Position numbers and translations under genes: made by a program. A stretch of 63,850 nucleotides of DNA, counting the filler, from Octopus bimaculoides (Eukaryota): the NCBI RefSeq assembly GCF_001194135.2. It is 8 parts of 8 records of this genome, joined end to end, with 100 filler letters (N's around TTAATTAATTAA, not from the genome) between each part and the next. Parts side by side here need not be neighbours in the genome. Positions count along the whole stretch, not along the records: positions 62,407 to 63,850 come from NC_068982.1; 7 more parts are not named here. One strand, given 5' to 3'. Positions 63,315 through 63,850 of this stretch are shown piece by piece. Positions within the stretch are counted from its first letter, which is position 1. Each line of letters begins with the position of its first letter. The notes beneath the pieces were generated by a model. It worked only from the letters and a program-made list of their open reading frames with translations. It did no database searches and was not told the origin of the DNA.

Positions 63315-63330
63315 AAGGGAGAGTGTGTGT
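62670..63330. repeat. (GCT)/(GTT), (GT) and (GA) microsatellite complex
   Basis: Directly visible. Confidence 0.95.
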
Positions 63331-63850
63331 GTTTACATGTACGAGTGCAAAGTTGTTTAATGTTATTTCTTTGTGGGTTTGTATGTCTCCGTTTATTAGT
63401 CTGTAAGCATATGATGATTTTGTTGGGTGACCATGAGTGCAGAATTGTGAGATGTTTGAATACGCATGCTTCTAGCCGTTCATGACATTTTTGTGTATGG
63501 AACGGTGTAAACTTGTATGTGATGTTTGTCTATGTATTTATCCACGAGTGTGTGTGTCAGTCTGTGCGGAATCTTTGAGTAATTATCTATGTGAAGTTGC
63601 GTGCTGTATGTGTATCTGTTAGGCTACGTATGTATGTATATATATATATATTTCGAAACGTCTAGTTAGAATAGAGGCAGCTGACGAGGGATTAATTCCA
63701 AGTGGCTATCTGTTTTCCTATGTGTTCGTTCTGTGGTCTGTAGTTCATTGTTCTAACGTCCTGTACCCTGATATTCATCTATATACACATGTAGATGTAA
63801 GTATGTACATATATGTGTGTATACATGCATATATATTCTTTGTATTTATT

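Noticed and set aside
9604-63485. Most ORF-track entries (poly-CV, YI, RE, L, N, X runs)
   Set aside because: They are translations of microsatellites or N gaps, not genes.
63655-63705. GAAAC...CTGACGA hammerhead-like arrangement
   Set aside because: No convincing stems I or III, and no GAAA after the putative stem II.
1-63850. CRISPR arrays, rRNA and bona fide tRNA genes
   Set aside because: None seen. A/B-box motifs all belong to SINE heads, and the tandem repeats lack constant-repeat/unique-spacer structure.

Overview
AT-rich, microsatellite-dense animal genomic DNA with many N gaps. The SINE, LINE and Penelope families and the simple-repeat load look like an octopus (coleoid cephalopod) draft assembly; this is inferred from pattern recognition, not a search. 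The one host gene I can identify confidently is an FHIP1/FAM160A-family gene on the minus strand. It has three canonical, phase-compatible exons (9426-9340, 4602-4435, 954-875) and continues beyond the window start. Its 5' exons were not found. The CpG-depleted, gene-body-like zone ends at a synthetic TTAATTAATTAA scaffold gap near 17.6 kb. The rest is mostly decayed mobile DNA: RTE, R4/Dong-like and Tx1/L1-like LINE pieces, Penelope remnants with minimal hammerhead ribozymes, mariner/Tc1 remnants, a Gypsy integrase shard, MITEs and dozens of tRNA-derived SINEs. Several short candidate exons could not be identified. The most interesting observations are a decayed tandem copy of a coding exon, an ORF1-only (HAL1-like) retroelement, a 3' hairpin+AATAAA tail shared by a LINE, that element and a SINE, and a ~420-bp palindrome carrying hammerheads. 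Repeat boundaries are approximate; exon boundaries were counted to the base.
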